64,000 nt of DNA from Eledone cirrhosa (GCA_964016885.1 OZ024743.1:199268001-199332000); one strand, 5' to 3'; shown: positions 13,399 through 25,844, counted from the first letter of the stretch. Notes: generated by a model from the sequence alone, not told the origin. A program made the numbers and translations.

Positions 13399-13698
13399 CA
13401 GGGTTGGATATAGACCATGGGGTCCTGGGGCACTTAAGGTTTGAGGGGCCCCTCATACACATAACATTACAATACACATCAAAAGCCCCAATTTTACACA
13501 TCAGAGTTAGCTTCGCCTATGTAATTGATATTGAAAAGTTATAGATACAGGTACTAAATTCAAGAATTCTAACCATCCTTAAACTAAAATAAAGCAGGAG
13601 GGGGCATAAATAAATTACTACGGCCGATGCTGGTTGGGCCCACCATTGCAGGCAGCCCGGGGCAATTTCTCCCTTGCCCCTCCTTAAATCCGGCCCTG
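13399..13698. mobile_element. hAT-type MITE with 8-bp target-site duplication (TSD), inserted in a SINE remnant
   Basis: TIRs CAGGGTTGGATATA / TAAATCCGGCCCTG. The TSD CATGCTGG is at 13391-13398 and 13699-13706. Confidence 0.85.
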
Positions 13699-15404
13699 CA
13701 TGCTGGAGAACTGCATTCAATTATTTTGAACAATCATATCAATCCCAGCATCTGCATTCAATCTGGTACGTAATGTATCAATTGATATTTATCAAATAGC
13801 TAAGTTGCCTTTTTGACGTAACACTGAATTTTAGACAAGTGTAAACATGTGCACAGATATGGACACATACCTAATACACATGTATATATCATTATCATCA
13901 CCATTTTATATATATATATTTATATATATATATACACACACAAAGATGGAATCATGTGGAGGGGTACTCAGCTTTAAACACTCTCAAAATGTGCTTACTT
14001 GAATCATCATCATCATCATCCTCATTGTTTAACGTCCATCTTCCATGCTAGCATTCGTTTGATGGGCTGTCCCGTTGTTAGACCATGAGGTCAGGGTACC
14101 ATGTTTTGCTCACACAGAACTGATTTTGGCCTGGTTTCTACAGCAGGATCCCTTCCTAACGCCAACAGCATTTACAGTGGTATATATATATATATATATA
14201 GATATATATATATATATATATACATGGATACATATGTATATATACGCACAAACATATATGAAATATTTTTGAATAGTGGATTCAAGACATGGGGTCACAC
14301 TTAAGTGTGTGTATGTATGCCTGCACATGTATGTGTTCATGTGGATGTGTACATACTTGTGTGTGTGTGTGTTCTATTTGTTCTTTTCTCTGCAGAGAAA
14401 TTTAAGTGTCTCTATTGATCAAGGAAACAGTTTACATGGAAGAATATAAAAAATGATTAAGTCAATGAATGATAGAAAGAAAGAAAGAAAAACCAAAACA
14501 AAAACATAATTGAATGTTCTCAAATTATCAATGATGAAATTAGGACGCAAATTGAGTTTTATTTGATACAGCAAATATTTTAAAACCAAACATTATAACA
14601 TGTTAATCAGTTAATTAACATGAAATTAAACTAATATAACTATTTTGTAACTACAATTCTAATTAAATTCACTGCTTCTGTATTAATTAGTCTTGACAAT
14701 AATCAACAATTTAGAAACACCTATTAAAATAACTAACTATTTACTTTATAAAGATAGCTTAACAAATCAGTGTAGACTGAAAGACTTGTTGCTGGTTTTA
14801 ACTTTTAATGATTAACCCTTTAGTATTTAAAGGGTTAATTAAACCGTATCCGGCCAGAATTCTCTCACCTCTTTCTGTTCAAACTGGCTGCTCATACTGA
14901 TATTAAGGTATTGTTGTCAAAATAAATAACATCAATATCTCATTGATTCGATATTATGTGAGATAAAGCCTTTACCATAGAAATACAATAGTATATATAG
15001 AATAATGTAAATGTAAAAGATTTAAGTGTAAATGCTTCTTAGTTTCCAAGACTTCATCAGAGTGGTTGATTTTGGGATTTTGTTGATAAACTAAGATTGG
15101 ATAAACTTGATAAATCAAGAGAAAGAAGAGAAACTGAGTACTTTGGGTGTTGGGAATGCAAAACAATGTAAATAACATTATCATCATCAACAGCAGCAGC
15201 AGTATTTTCTGTGTATTTTCTATGCTTACATGGGTTAGATACTGTCATAGCCTGAGTCAGGCAAGAGAAGTGACTTTGTCTTTCTCATAGTTTCCATTCT
15301 AATATATCCACATTCTGAATGCCCCTCATAATGCCAACCAATTCATGGCATGCATTGGGTGTATTTTATCATGACACCAGCGATACAACTTGATAGAGAG
15401 GACT

Positions 15405-15660
15405 AGGTGCATTTTATTGTGACACCAGCACTACCACTTTACAGTGTGGGTTGGGTACATTTTATTGTGACACCAGCACTACCACTTTACAGTGTGGGTT
15501 GGGTACATTTTATTGTGACACCAGCACTACCACTTTAACGTGTGGGTTGGGTACATTTTATTGTGACACCAGCACTACCACTTTAACGTGTGGGTTGGGT
15601 ACATTTTATTGTGACACCAGCACTACCACTTTAACGTGAGGGTTGGGTGCATTTTATTAT
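15405..15660 (-). repeat. 48-bp minisatellite (about 5 copies) derived from the RTE/SINE 3' region
   Basis: Unit TTTTATTGTGACACCAGCACTACCACTTTACAGTGTGGGTTGGGTACA, preceded by degraded tail motifs at 15210-15340. Confidence 0.8.
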
Positions 15661-15804
15661 GGAAATCCAATTCAGTTATGGGTTAGATTCTACTTCTTAA
15701 TAAAGTATACCATCTCAATTCAGAGGTGTACAGTATCCATATGAAGAGAAATATATATATTTATATATTTTTATAGAGAGGGGGGGGGTGTATATATATA
15801 TATA

Positions 15805-16622
15805 TACTAGCTGAGGTACCCGGTAATACCCGGGAGCAGGGGTATTCCCAGTTCCCATTAAAATACCCAATGCCTCTCAGACCAAAAATGAAATCAAAAT
15901 ATAGGACGGATAATGAAAAGCAAAGCCAAATTCATTTACGAAACAATAATACAAACAAATATTGTTCATTGCATTGTTCAAGCGAAAAAATGTTTGTCAG
16001 AGAAGTTGAGTATTGCTATAAGGAAAACAATAGAACCCCCATTAGGGTGTCTTAATATTATTGAAATTTGCTGAAATTTTGTGAATAGGCATCATATCTT
16101 GTCATTTATCTATGGTTTAAATTTCATATAAATCAAAGGGAAAAAATGTTCAGTGGGGTTTTGTGCCCCCAGGGAACCCTTTGATTAAAATGAAATATAC
16201 TTATCAAAGTACCCTGGGCAATGTAGTTTCAGAATATATATGGTTATTGGGGTTTATATCCAAAACCATAGTAGGAGTTCGTGAAATATTGTTCCATTTA
16301 TTGGCCAAAGTTTTCACTATAGGGGGTTTAACCCCCATTAGGGTGTCTTAATATTATTGAAATTTGCTGAAATTTTGGGAATAGACATCATATCTTGTCA
16401 TTTACCTATGGTTTAAATTTCAGATAAATCGAAGGGAAACAATTTTCAGCGGGGATTTGAGCCCTCGGGGAACCCTTCGATTAAAATAAAATATACGTAA
16501 GAAATGAAATAGGCATAATCCCCACACACGTGTCAAGTTTCATCAAGATCGGTTTAGTAGATTTTGAGTTTTAGGTTCACAAACAAATCTACAAACATAC
16601 AGAAATTGCCATTTATGTACAT
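15805..16622 (+). mobile_element. Helentron/DINE-1-like non-autonomous rolling-circle element with internal ~296-bp duplication
   Basis: Starts TACTAGCTG..ACCCGGTAATACCCGGG and ends CAAGTTTCATCAAGATCGG..(ACAA)n..TTTATGTACATAT. The internal block AACCCCCATTAGGGTGTCTTAATATT... repeats at about 16034 and 16330. Confidence 0.7.
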
Positions 16623-16626
16623 ATAT

Positions 16627-17021
16627 CATCATCATCATCATCACAGTTTTATGTCCGCTCTTCCACGCTAGCATGGGTTAGACGGGTTGTCCTGTTGTGG
16701 GCAGTGTCCGGTCGGCTAACCTTGTCTTGCTCATACGGGAACAGATTCTGGCTTGATTTCTACACCTCGATGCCCTTCCTAACACCAACCTCATTTACAA
16801 TGAGTGGTGGGTACTTTTTTGCCGTGGCACCTCCACAACCATTTTGCAGTGGAATGATAGGGACCCCAATCCTATCATCTCATTTCTACAGCTGAGTAAA
16901 CTGGAGCAATGTGAAATAAAGTGTCTTGCTCAAGGAAACAACACACCACTCGGTCCAAGAATTGAACACACAACCTTTCGATTGCAAGCCCAATGCTCTA
17001 ATCACTAAGCCAGGCGCCTTC
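16627..17021 (-). mobile_element. full-length CORE-SINE with RTE-derived tail (type A)
   Basis: Head, CORE domain, a region shared with the LINE 3' UTR, and a (GAT)n tail. Confidence 0.9.
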
Positions 17022-17228
17022 ACACACACACAAAAGAAATAAGATTTCTCTTCAAGCATAGCTTTATACAATATGTATAGAAATTTTGTATTTCTAAAGA
17101 AATACGGTTTTAGGAAGCTGCAGCTATGCAAACACCGGGGGGGGGGGGGGCTAACGCCCTCTGAAGATGTCCAGCAGAAGCAAGGGGGACAACCGTCTAT
17201 GCATTTCAGGCTATAAATATATATCAAA

Positions 17229-17404
17229 TATATAAGAACCCGAGAGCAAATATTTATTAAAATAACAGATTAAAGTTTAAGCAAATCCTTGCTTTCACCC
17301 TTAACGGGATTTTCAGAAAATCCTGTTAAGGGTGAAAACAACGATTCTTTGATTAAACTTTAATCTGCTATTTTAATAAATATTTGCTCTATGGTTTTAT
17401 ATAT
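17229..17404. mobile_element. palindromic element with hammerhead-like core
   Basis: Arms AGAGCAAATATTTATTAAAATAACAGATTAAAGTTTAA / TTAAACTTTAATCTGCTATTTTAATAAATATTTGCTCT around a centre TTTCACCCTTAACGGGATTTTCAGAAAATCCTGTTAAGGGTGAAA. A half-copy lies at about 58525-58580. Confidence 0.75.
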
Positions 17405-17472
17405 TTTAGTATATATATTAACCTTATCGAGCCGTCATCGGATTTTAGTCTTCACATTTATTATTATTACTA

Positions 17473-17707
17473 GCAGTCCACAGTGTAATGTGGCCGTGTA
17501 GGTAACACGGTAAAAACCTCCCAGTCCACACTGTAAACGTGGTTGGTGTTAGGAAGGGCATCCAGCTGCAAAAAAAAAACTGCTAGGGACGCTTCCATGT
17601 GGGCGAGACATGGTCTTCCGACCATTTCTGCATCAAATGGAACAAAACCCTCTAACCCATGCTAGCGTGGAAGATGGACGTTAAATGATGATGATGATGA
17701 TGATGAT
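17473..17707 (+). mobile_element. RTE 3' UTR-derived fragment with (GAT)n tail
   Basis: Shares CAGTCCAC..GGTTGGTGTTAGGAAGGGCATCCAGC..CCCATGCTAGCGTGGAAGATGGACGTTAAATGATGATG with the LINE tails. Confidence 0.8.
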
Positions 17708-17740
<33 letters not shown>

Positions 17741-18065
17741 TGAACTGATAAAATGCACTCAATACATGTTGTAAAATTGTTGGTAATAGGAAGGACAGCC
17801 AGCTGAAAAATACATGCCAAACAAAGCAAGGACATTTGTGACAAAAACATTACAGGATCCCTAGTACTGATGCCTTGATAGAATGTACTTGATGCACTCT
17901 GTAGTCAGCAGGAATTTATGGAAGTGACATGCAGTCTTCGGCATGTCTGAGAGAGGTCAGTAGCTTCGATTATATACAGACATAGTCTAAAAATAGACAT
18001 TCAATCTTCACTAGCAGTATAAGAGCACATTAAATGATGATTATGAGGATAATATACATATATAT

Positions 18066-18560
18066 CATCATCATCATCATCACCATCATCAGGTTTAGCG
18101 TCCGTGTTCCACGCTTGCATGGGTTTGGACGGGGGTTTTCCCACTTGAGGCAAGAGTGGTTGTCTTGCTCGCATAGGACTGTCTGGCGGGTTTTCTACAG
18201 TTGGATGCCCTTCCAAACACCAACCACATTTACAGTGTGGGGCTGGGAGGTTTTTACCGTGTTGCCTACACGGCCACATTACAGCGTGGACTGTCTGGCG
18301 GGTTTTCTACAGCTGGATGCCCTTCCTAACACCAACCACATTTACAGTGTGGGGCTGGGAGGTTTTTACCGTGTTGCCTACACGGCCACATTTACAGCGT
18401 GGACTGTGTGTTTTTTGTCGTGACACCTACACGATCTCATTTGTTTCGGCCTGGATGTTGTGGGACCAACATAACTTTACATTGAAAGGGGCGGTGTGGG
18501 TGGGGTGGAGGTGGTGGGACGGGGGTGTGTTTTGATAGAGATGCCTACTGACTGTAGTAG
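18066..18560 (-). mobile_element. 5'-truncated RTE copy (3' UTR only) with internal ~117-bp duplication
   Basis: Colinear with the 3' UTR of the RTE fragment at 30333-30830. Confidence 0.8.
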
Positions 18561-18644
18561 GTTTTTACTAATGTATGTATATATATATATATATCTATAT
18601 CTGTAGTAGGTTTTTACTAATGTATGTATATATATATATATATA

Positions 18645-18709
<65 letters not shown>

Positions 18710-18887
18710 TCATCATCTTCATCATCTTCATCATCTTCATTGTTTAATTTCCATCTTCCACGCTAGCAATAGATACATGTATATGAGTCCTGTGTCCAAT
18801 TGAGAGTAACCAGAGTTAGTAAGGTAGTCAATACATTAGTAGAGAATGAACATCATGTTTAATATAAAAATGTCTTTTACAGGACTA

Positions 18888-18916
18888 GACCTGTTTCATT
18901 CAAAAGAAATCATCAG
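18888..18916 (-). ncRNA. minimal hammerhead ribozyme core (stem I not evident)
   Basis: The minus strand reads CUGAUGA-UUUCUUUUGAAU-GAAA-CAG-GUC. An inverted partial copy, CTGATGATATCTTTTGAA, lies at 18924-18941. Confidence 0.5.
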
Positions 18917-18973
18917 GAAAACTCTGATGATATCTTTTGAAGCCATTTCTATATTAAAAATTATATATATACA

Positions 18974-21240
18974 CAATTTTCCCAGCCAGCCATCCATCTA
19001 ATCTACGAAGGTATTTTAGCCTACATATTGTCGTTAATATTATGATGTTCCCTGCTGTATTAGCGTTAAATTTTCCCTGCTGTATTAGCGATAAATTTTC
19101 GAGGGTTTCTCTTAGTAGCTTTTTTCATGACGTTATTATTGTTAATTTTACTGATGTAGTATTAACTTATTAACTTGGATATTTACCATGCGGTATTCTA
19201 ATCCTATTGTATCTCTCTCAGTTATTTACCATGCGATCCTCAGTTCCTACCCCCCCCCTCTCTATGCACTTCTTTAAGGCTTACTACCCTGTCTTTAACC
19301 TAATTCATTCAATCTGAAAATATTGAAGAGATAAGACACTTTCCCATTCTTCTCTGCTAAAATGTATCACTAGAGCTGATTCCAATTTTCCCAGCCAGCC
19401 ATCCATCTAATCTACGAAGGTATTTTAGTCTACATATTGTCGTTAATATTATGATGTTCCCTGCTGTATTAGCGTTAAATTTTCCCTGCTGTATTAGCGA
19501 TAAATTTTCGAGGGTTTCTCTTAGTAGTTTTTCATGACGTTATTATTGTTAATTTTACTGATGTAGTATTAACTTATTAACTTGGATATTTACCATGCGG
19601 TATTCTAATCCTATTGTATCTCTCTCAGTTATTTACCATGCTACCCTCAGTTCCTACCCCCCCCCCTCTCTATGCACTTCTTTAAGGCTTACTACCCTGT
19701 CTTTAACCTAATTCATTCAATCTGAAAATATTGAAGAGATAAGACACTTTCCCATTCTTCTCTGCTAAAATGTATCACTAGAGCTGATTCCAATTTTCCC
19801 AGCCAGCCATCCATCTAATCTACGAAGGTATTTTAGCCTACATATTGTCGTTAATATTATGATGTTCCCTGCTGTATTAGCGTTAAATTTTCCCTGCTGT
19901 ATTAGCGATAAATTTTCGAGGGTTTCTCTTAGTAGCTTTTTTCATGACGTTATTATTGTTAATTTTACTGATGTAGTATTAACTTATTAACTTGGATATT
20001 TACCATGCGGTATTCTAATCCTATTGTATCTCTCTCAGTTATTTACCATGCGACCCTCAGTTCCTACCCCCCCCTCTCTATGCACTTCTTTAAGGCTTAC
20101 TACCCTGTCTTTAACCTAATTCATTCAATCTGAAAATATTGAAGAGATAAGACACTTTCCCATTCTTCTCTGCTAAAATGTATCACTAGAGCTGATTCCA
20201 ATTTTCCCAGCCAGCCATCCATCTAATCTACGAAGGTATTTTAGCCTACATATTGTCGTTAATATTATGATGTTCCCTGCTGTATTAGCGTTAAATTTTC
20301 CCTGCTGTATTAGCGATAAATTTTCGAGGGTTTCTCTTAGTAGTTTTTCATGACGTTATTATTGTTAATTTTACTGATGTAGTATTAACTTATTAACTTG
20401 GATATTTACCATGCGGTATTCTAATCCTATTGTATCTCTCTCAGTTATTTACCATGCTACCCTCAGTTCCTACCCCCCCCCCCCCTCTCTATGCACTTCT
20501 TTAAGGCTTACTACCCTGTCTTTAACCTAATTCATTCAATCTGAAAATATTGAAGAGATAAGACACTTTCCCATTCTTCTCTGCTAAAATGTATCACTAG
20601 AGCTGATTCCAATTTTCCCAGCCAGCCATCCATCTAATCTACGAAGGTATTTTAGCCTACATATTGTCGTTAATATTATGATGTTCCCTGCTGTATTAGC
20701 GTTAAATTTTCCCTGCTGTATTAGCGATAAATTTTCGAGGGTTTCTCTTAGTAGTTTTTCATGACGTTATTATTGTTAATTTTACTGATGTAGTATTAAC
20801 TTATTAACTTGGATATTTACCATGCGGTATTCTAATCCTATTGTATCTCTCTCAGTTATTTACCATGCTACCCTCAGTTCCTACCCCCCCCTCTCTATGC
20901 ACTTCTTTAAGGCTTACTACCCTGTCTTTAACCTAATTCATTCAATCTGAAAATATTGAAGAGATAAGACACTTTCCCATTCTTCTCTGCTAAAGTGTAT
21001 CACTAGAGCTGATTCCAATTTTCCCAGCCAGCCATCCATCTAATCTACGAAGGTATTTTAGCCTACATATTGTCGTTAATATTATGATGTTCCCTGCTGT
21101 ATTAGCGTTAAATTTTCCCTGCTGTATTAGCGATAAATTTTCGAGGGTTTCTCTTAGTAGTTTTTCATGACGTTATTATTGTTAATTTTACTGATGTAGT
21201 ATTAACTTGGATATTTACCATGCGACCCTCAGTTCCTACC
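18974..21240 (+). repeat. tandem array of ~408-bp units (5 full plus 1 partial) directly upstream of the RTE LINE
   Basis: Units start CAATTTTCCCAGCCAGCCATCC at 18974, 19383, 19791, 20199, 20610 and 21016. They differ mainly in poly-C length and a few substitutions or small indels. Confidence 0.95.
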
Positions 21241-21489
21241 TCACAATTTCCCTCCCCCCCCCCCCCACCCCCACACACCACCATAGTCTATTCGACCAAT
21301 CAAACCTAGCATGCCATTTCCACTGCTGCTGCTGCTACTACCTGCCTAACTAACTCTCTCCTCCTCTGGCGCATCCCAACACACCCTGCCATTACCCCAC
21401 CACCACTGTCCTTCTAGCCCTCAATTTTCCCACCGTTATGGATGGATGAGCTGGGAATACACGAGCAACTCTGAATCAATAGATGAAAT

Positions 21490-22572
21490 ATGAATCTGCG
21501 AGCTACCAAGCACCCACGTGAAGCGCCAACCCAGAGACCCTCCCCTACGAGTGTCGACAAATGCCCAAAACTCCGAGTTGGTACCATCAATGTAGGCTCA
21601 ATGAAAGGAAGAGCAGGAGAAATCGTAGAAATGCTAGAGCGAAAGGAATTTGATGTATGCTGTGTGCAAGAGACTAGATGGAGAGGAGGGTCTGCTAGAG
21701 TCCTTGTAGGAAAAAGCCAGTGCTACAAATTTTTCTGGATGGGAAATGACGATGGGATGGGTGGTGTAGGTATACTATTAGCTGACAAGTGGGTAGATAA
21801 AGTAATCTCAGTGTACAGGGTAAATGCAAGAATCATTAAACTCAGACTAGTCCTGAATAAGACAATTACCACAATAATATCAGCTTACGCACCCCAATCG
21901 GGGCTGCCAGACGAACTTAAGGATAGGTTCTACGAGTCCCTAATACACACTACTGCTCTAACAGACGACAAGGACTTCCTAATCATTGCAGGAGATTTTA
22001 ACGGACACGTAGGTAAACACTGCGACGGCTTCAATAGAGTACATGGAGGCCATGGAGTTGGCACAAGGAATGAGGAAGGATTCAGACTTCTAGAATTCTG
22101 CGACGCCAATGACATGTCGATATGTAACACAAACTTTAAAAAACCCGACAACCACCTGATCACCTATAGATCAGGGGAGCACTCTAGTCAGTTAGATTTT
22201 ATCCTCATCAGAGGACGTGACAGATGGACGGTCGTAAACACAAAAGCCTTCCCTAGTGAGGAATGTACATCCCAACATAGCTTAGTTGTCAGCGACCTCA
22301 CGGTCAGAACTAGACGAGCCCTGAAACAGAGGCCAACCTGGAGAAGAAAGATCTGGAAGCTGAAAGTCCCCTCAACCAGTAACAGATTTAAAGATATTTT
22401 ACTCAACGCCTACGACAGTAAAGAAGAACAGATAGAGACATTTAATGTAGAAGAGAACTGGGAGTTCCTAAAAAATAACTTACTAGAGGCGACGGATGAG
22501 GTTTGTGGCTGGAGTAAGACCTCAAGCAGGAGGAGAGTGACTTGGTGGTGGAACAATAAGGTAGATGAAGCA
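21490..22572 (+). pseudogene. RTE LINE ORF, N-terminal part: APE-type endonuclease
   Basis: Motifs GTINVGS, CCVQETRW, ISAYAPQ, IAGDFNGHVG, SQLDFIL and TSQHSLV. The frame shifts at about 22572. Confidence 0.92.
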
Positions 22573-24605
22573 AGGCCAAGAGACAGGCATGGAAAGAATG
22601 GAAGAACGGGGGGAGCAGGGTACATTACATAGAGACCAAGATGGAAGCTAGGCGACAAGTATACTTAGCTAGGAGGGAAGCAGAGGATAGAAAATTCAAG
22701 CATGTTTTACAACGTGAGGACCAGAAACAGGAGGTATTCAAGATTGCGAGGCAGTGTGTCAGAGATAGTTGTGATGTCATTGGAGAGAAGTGTATCCGGA
22801 ATGATAAAGGTGAGCTTGCCCTCACAAGTGCTGAGAAGAAAGATGCATGGAAGAGTCATTATGATAGATTACTAAATGAGGAGAATGCATGGGAAGAAGA
22901 GACCCTACCCCACGTAGACCCTATAGAGGGACCAGCAGTACAAGTCAGCGGCAGCGTAGTAAGTAAGGCAATCAGAGATATGAAGATAGGGAAGGCAACC
23001 GGTCCATCGGGTATAGCTGCCGAGATGCTGAAGGCATCTGGGTCTGTAGGTCACACTATAACCACACGTATCGTTAACCAGGTAATACTAGAGGGGGACA
23101 TACCAAAAGATTGGTGCAGTAGCATCATTGTCAACTGCTACAAAGGTAAAGGCGATGCACTAGATAGAGGAAACTATAGAGGTATAAAGTTGATGGACCA
23201 GGTCATGAAAGTAACAGAAAGAGTTATAGCACAGCTGATTAGGGACCGGGTGAATATAGACGAGATGCAATTTGGGTTTGTACCAGGGAAAGGCACCACT
23301 GATGCCCTCTTCCTTGTGAGGCAATTACAGGAAAAGTACCTAGCTAAAAGTAAGCCACTCTACTTGGCATTTGTCGACCTTGAGAAAGCCTTTGACAGAG
23401 TTCCACGTGCAGTAATCTGGTGGGCTCTTAGAAAACTAGGAGTAGATGAATGGCTTGTGAAAGCGGTACAAGCCATGTATAGGGGAGCAGTCAGCAAAGT
23501 TAGGATTGGCAATGAGTATAGCGAGGAATTTAGCGTACAGGTTGGGGTCCACCAGGGCTCTGTTCTTAGCCCTCTCCTGTTCATCATAGTCCTGCAGGCA
23601 ATAACGGAGGAGTTTAAGACCGGATGCCCATGGGAACTCCTGTATGCTGATGACCTCGCACTCATAGCTGAATCTATGGTAGAACTAGAGAATAAATTCC
23701 AAACCTGGAAGCAGGGACTAGAGAGAAAGGGCCTCAAAGTCAACATGACAAAGACTAAGGTCCTTATAAGTAGACGAGAAAACAGAACCCAGATCCCCTC
23801 AGGGAAATGGCCTTGCTCAGTATGTAGGAAAGGTGTAGGTAGGAACTCCATTCTTTGCCCCAAATGCAAACAATGGGTACACAAGAGATGTAGCGGGATC
23901 TCAGGAAGCTTAATTAAGAATGTAGGATTCACATGCAGCAGCTGTGCTGAAACAGCAAGCAAACAGCCACAGGAAACAAGTACCACCAATCTCTGGGAGG
24001 GCCCTGTAGAAACAGTAGACAGCTTCTGCTACCTAGGTGACCGAATTAGCAACGGAGGTGGGTGCTCAGAAAGTACAATAACTAGGGTAAGAACGGGATG
24101 GAAGAAGTTTAGGGAACTACTACCACTGCTAGCTGCAAAAGGCTTCTCCCTCAGAATGAAAGGCAGACTGTATGATGCGTGTATCCGAACAGCGATGTTG
24201 CATGGTAGTGAGACCTGGGCGCTGAAGGTGGAAGACTTACGTAGATTAGAGAGAAACGAAGCCTGCATGCTCCGATGGATGTGTAACAGTAATATACGTG
24301 AACGACAAAGCATAAATGAATTGAGAGAGAGACTGAGCATAAGAGGAATCAAATGCTGCGTGCAGGAGAGGCGGTTACGCTGGTATGGACATGTGATGCG
24401 TATGAAGGATGACAGCTGCATAAAAAGGTGCAGAGCACTAGAAGTTGATGGAAACCGCGGAGTGGGGAGACCCAAGATGACTTGGGATGAGGTGATAAAA
24501 GCCGACCTTACCCAACTACACCTCTCAAAGTCAATGACACACGACCGTGACTTCTGGCGTCACGCAGTAATACAGGGTACCCGACCTCCCATGGGTACAT
24601 GCTGA
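22572..24605 (+). pseudogene. RTE LINE ORF, C-terminal part: reverse transcriptase plus Cys/His finger
   Basis: Motifs NYRGIKL, QFGF, AFVDLEKAFD, GVHQGSVLSPLLF, LLYADDLAL and FCYLG, a CSVC..CPKC..HKRC..CSSC finger, and the RTE-typical RLRWYGHVMR..GRPK.TW end. The frame is open from KAKRQAWKEW at 22572. Confidence 0.95.
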
Positions 24606-25813
24606 AGCATATAAACAATATGCCCCCCCCCCCCACCGCAAGGTGGTCGTGGAGGTGCCACGGCAAAAAAGCACCCAGCCCACACTGTAAAGTGAACGTG
24701 TAGGCGCCACGAAAAAGCACCCAGCACTCACTGTAAATGAGGTTGGTGTTAGGAAGGGCATCCAGCTGTAGAAATTAAGCCAGATCAGTTCCTGTATGAG
24801 CAAGGCATGGTCAGCCGACCAGACACTGCCCACAACAGGACAACCCGTCTAACCCATGCTAGCGTGGAAGAACGGACGTAAAACGGTGATGATGATGATG
24901 ATGATGATGATAAAAATTGCAAGTTTGAAGAATTATTAGATAAAACTTACCCGGTCTTTCCTCTTAGCCCGTAGAAATTAACTAGACAAATAATCAATTA
25001 AACAGAGCTAAGTCTAAAATATAAGTTAGAAGAAAAAATGCATATAAACTTTACCAAAATTCCTCTAGTCCCGACTATTGATAGTTTCACTCATACTTTG
25101 TGGATATGTCCGATCTTGGTATTATCCATGAGGTTTAGAGCTTATCAAAAGACCCCTCATGTTTGGACTAAAATTTCTACAGTGATCGCCGCCACAAAGA
25201 ATTCAAAAATGGCTAAGAATCATCACGTGGCTAGTGGTCAAAGTAGAAGTTTGTGAATGGTGGCCAGGTGGCAGGTAGGCTGGCTGCTAGAAAGAGCAGT
25301 TAGATACTGCCTAAAGTTTTACTCTACCGAACAGGAGTATATATTAAATTCATATGGATATATGGATATATTTAGTATACTGGTTAAAATACCAAAATCT
25401 GATTTTTATGTTTTTACGCTGTACCTCACAATTGTTTTTCTTAAGGAGAGATGGGGGAGAGGGTTATAGGCATCTTAGACCCGATGGCACCACGGTCCTT
25501 GTATACATATAAAAAATAGATAAACACAGACCCTATAAGATCTTTAATAACAACAGCCACAACAAGATGGCAACAAAAACAACAAATCTATGCAAACACC
25601 ATACTATCAACAAAATAGTGAAATACATTTAAAAAATGACAAAAATGGTAAACCAACAAGAAGACACTTAGAAAATGAGTCTTGAGAAGAGGAGAATAGA
25701 TAGTGGGTGGGAGAGATAAATAGCAAGGGAGTCATAAGACAAATATGGGGACCACTAATACACATATACATCCTCCCCCATGTGTGTATGTATATATATT
25801 AGTATATATATAT

Positions 25814-25844
<31 letters not shown>

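Larger units (their letters stand above)
21241..24910 (+). mobile_element. near full-length RTE-clade LINE
   Basis: Single-ORF APE-RT layout, a ~300-nt 3' UTR and a (GAT)n tail at 24886-24910. The 5' boundary is uncertain and may extend to 18974. Confidence 0.95.

Noticed and set aside
23360-24475. Antisense ORFs of 209 and 148 aa inside the LINE
   Set aside because: They are shadows of the RT coding strand and show no independent motifs.
18954-24918. TAAAAATT on both sides of the array plus LINE as a possible TSD
   Set aside because: It is short, AT-only and not directly adjacent to the array start, so the LINE 5' boundary stays undefined.
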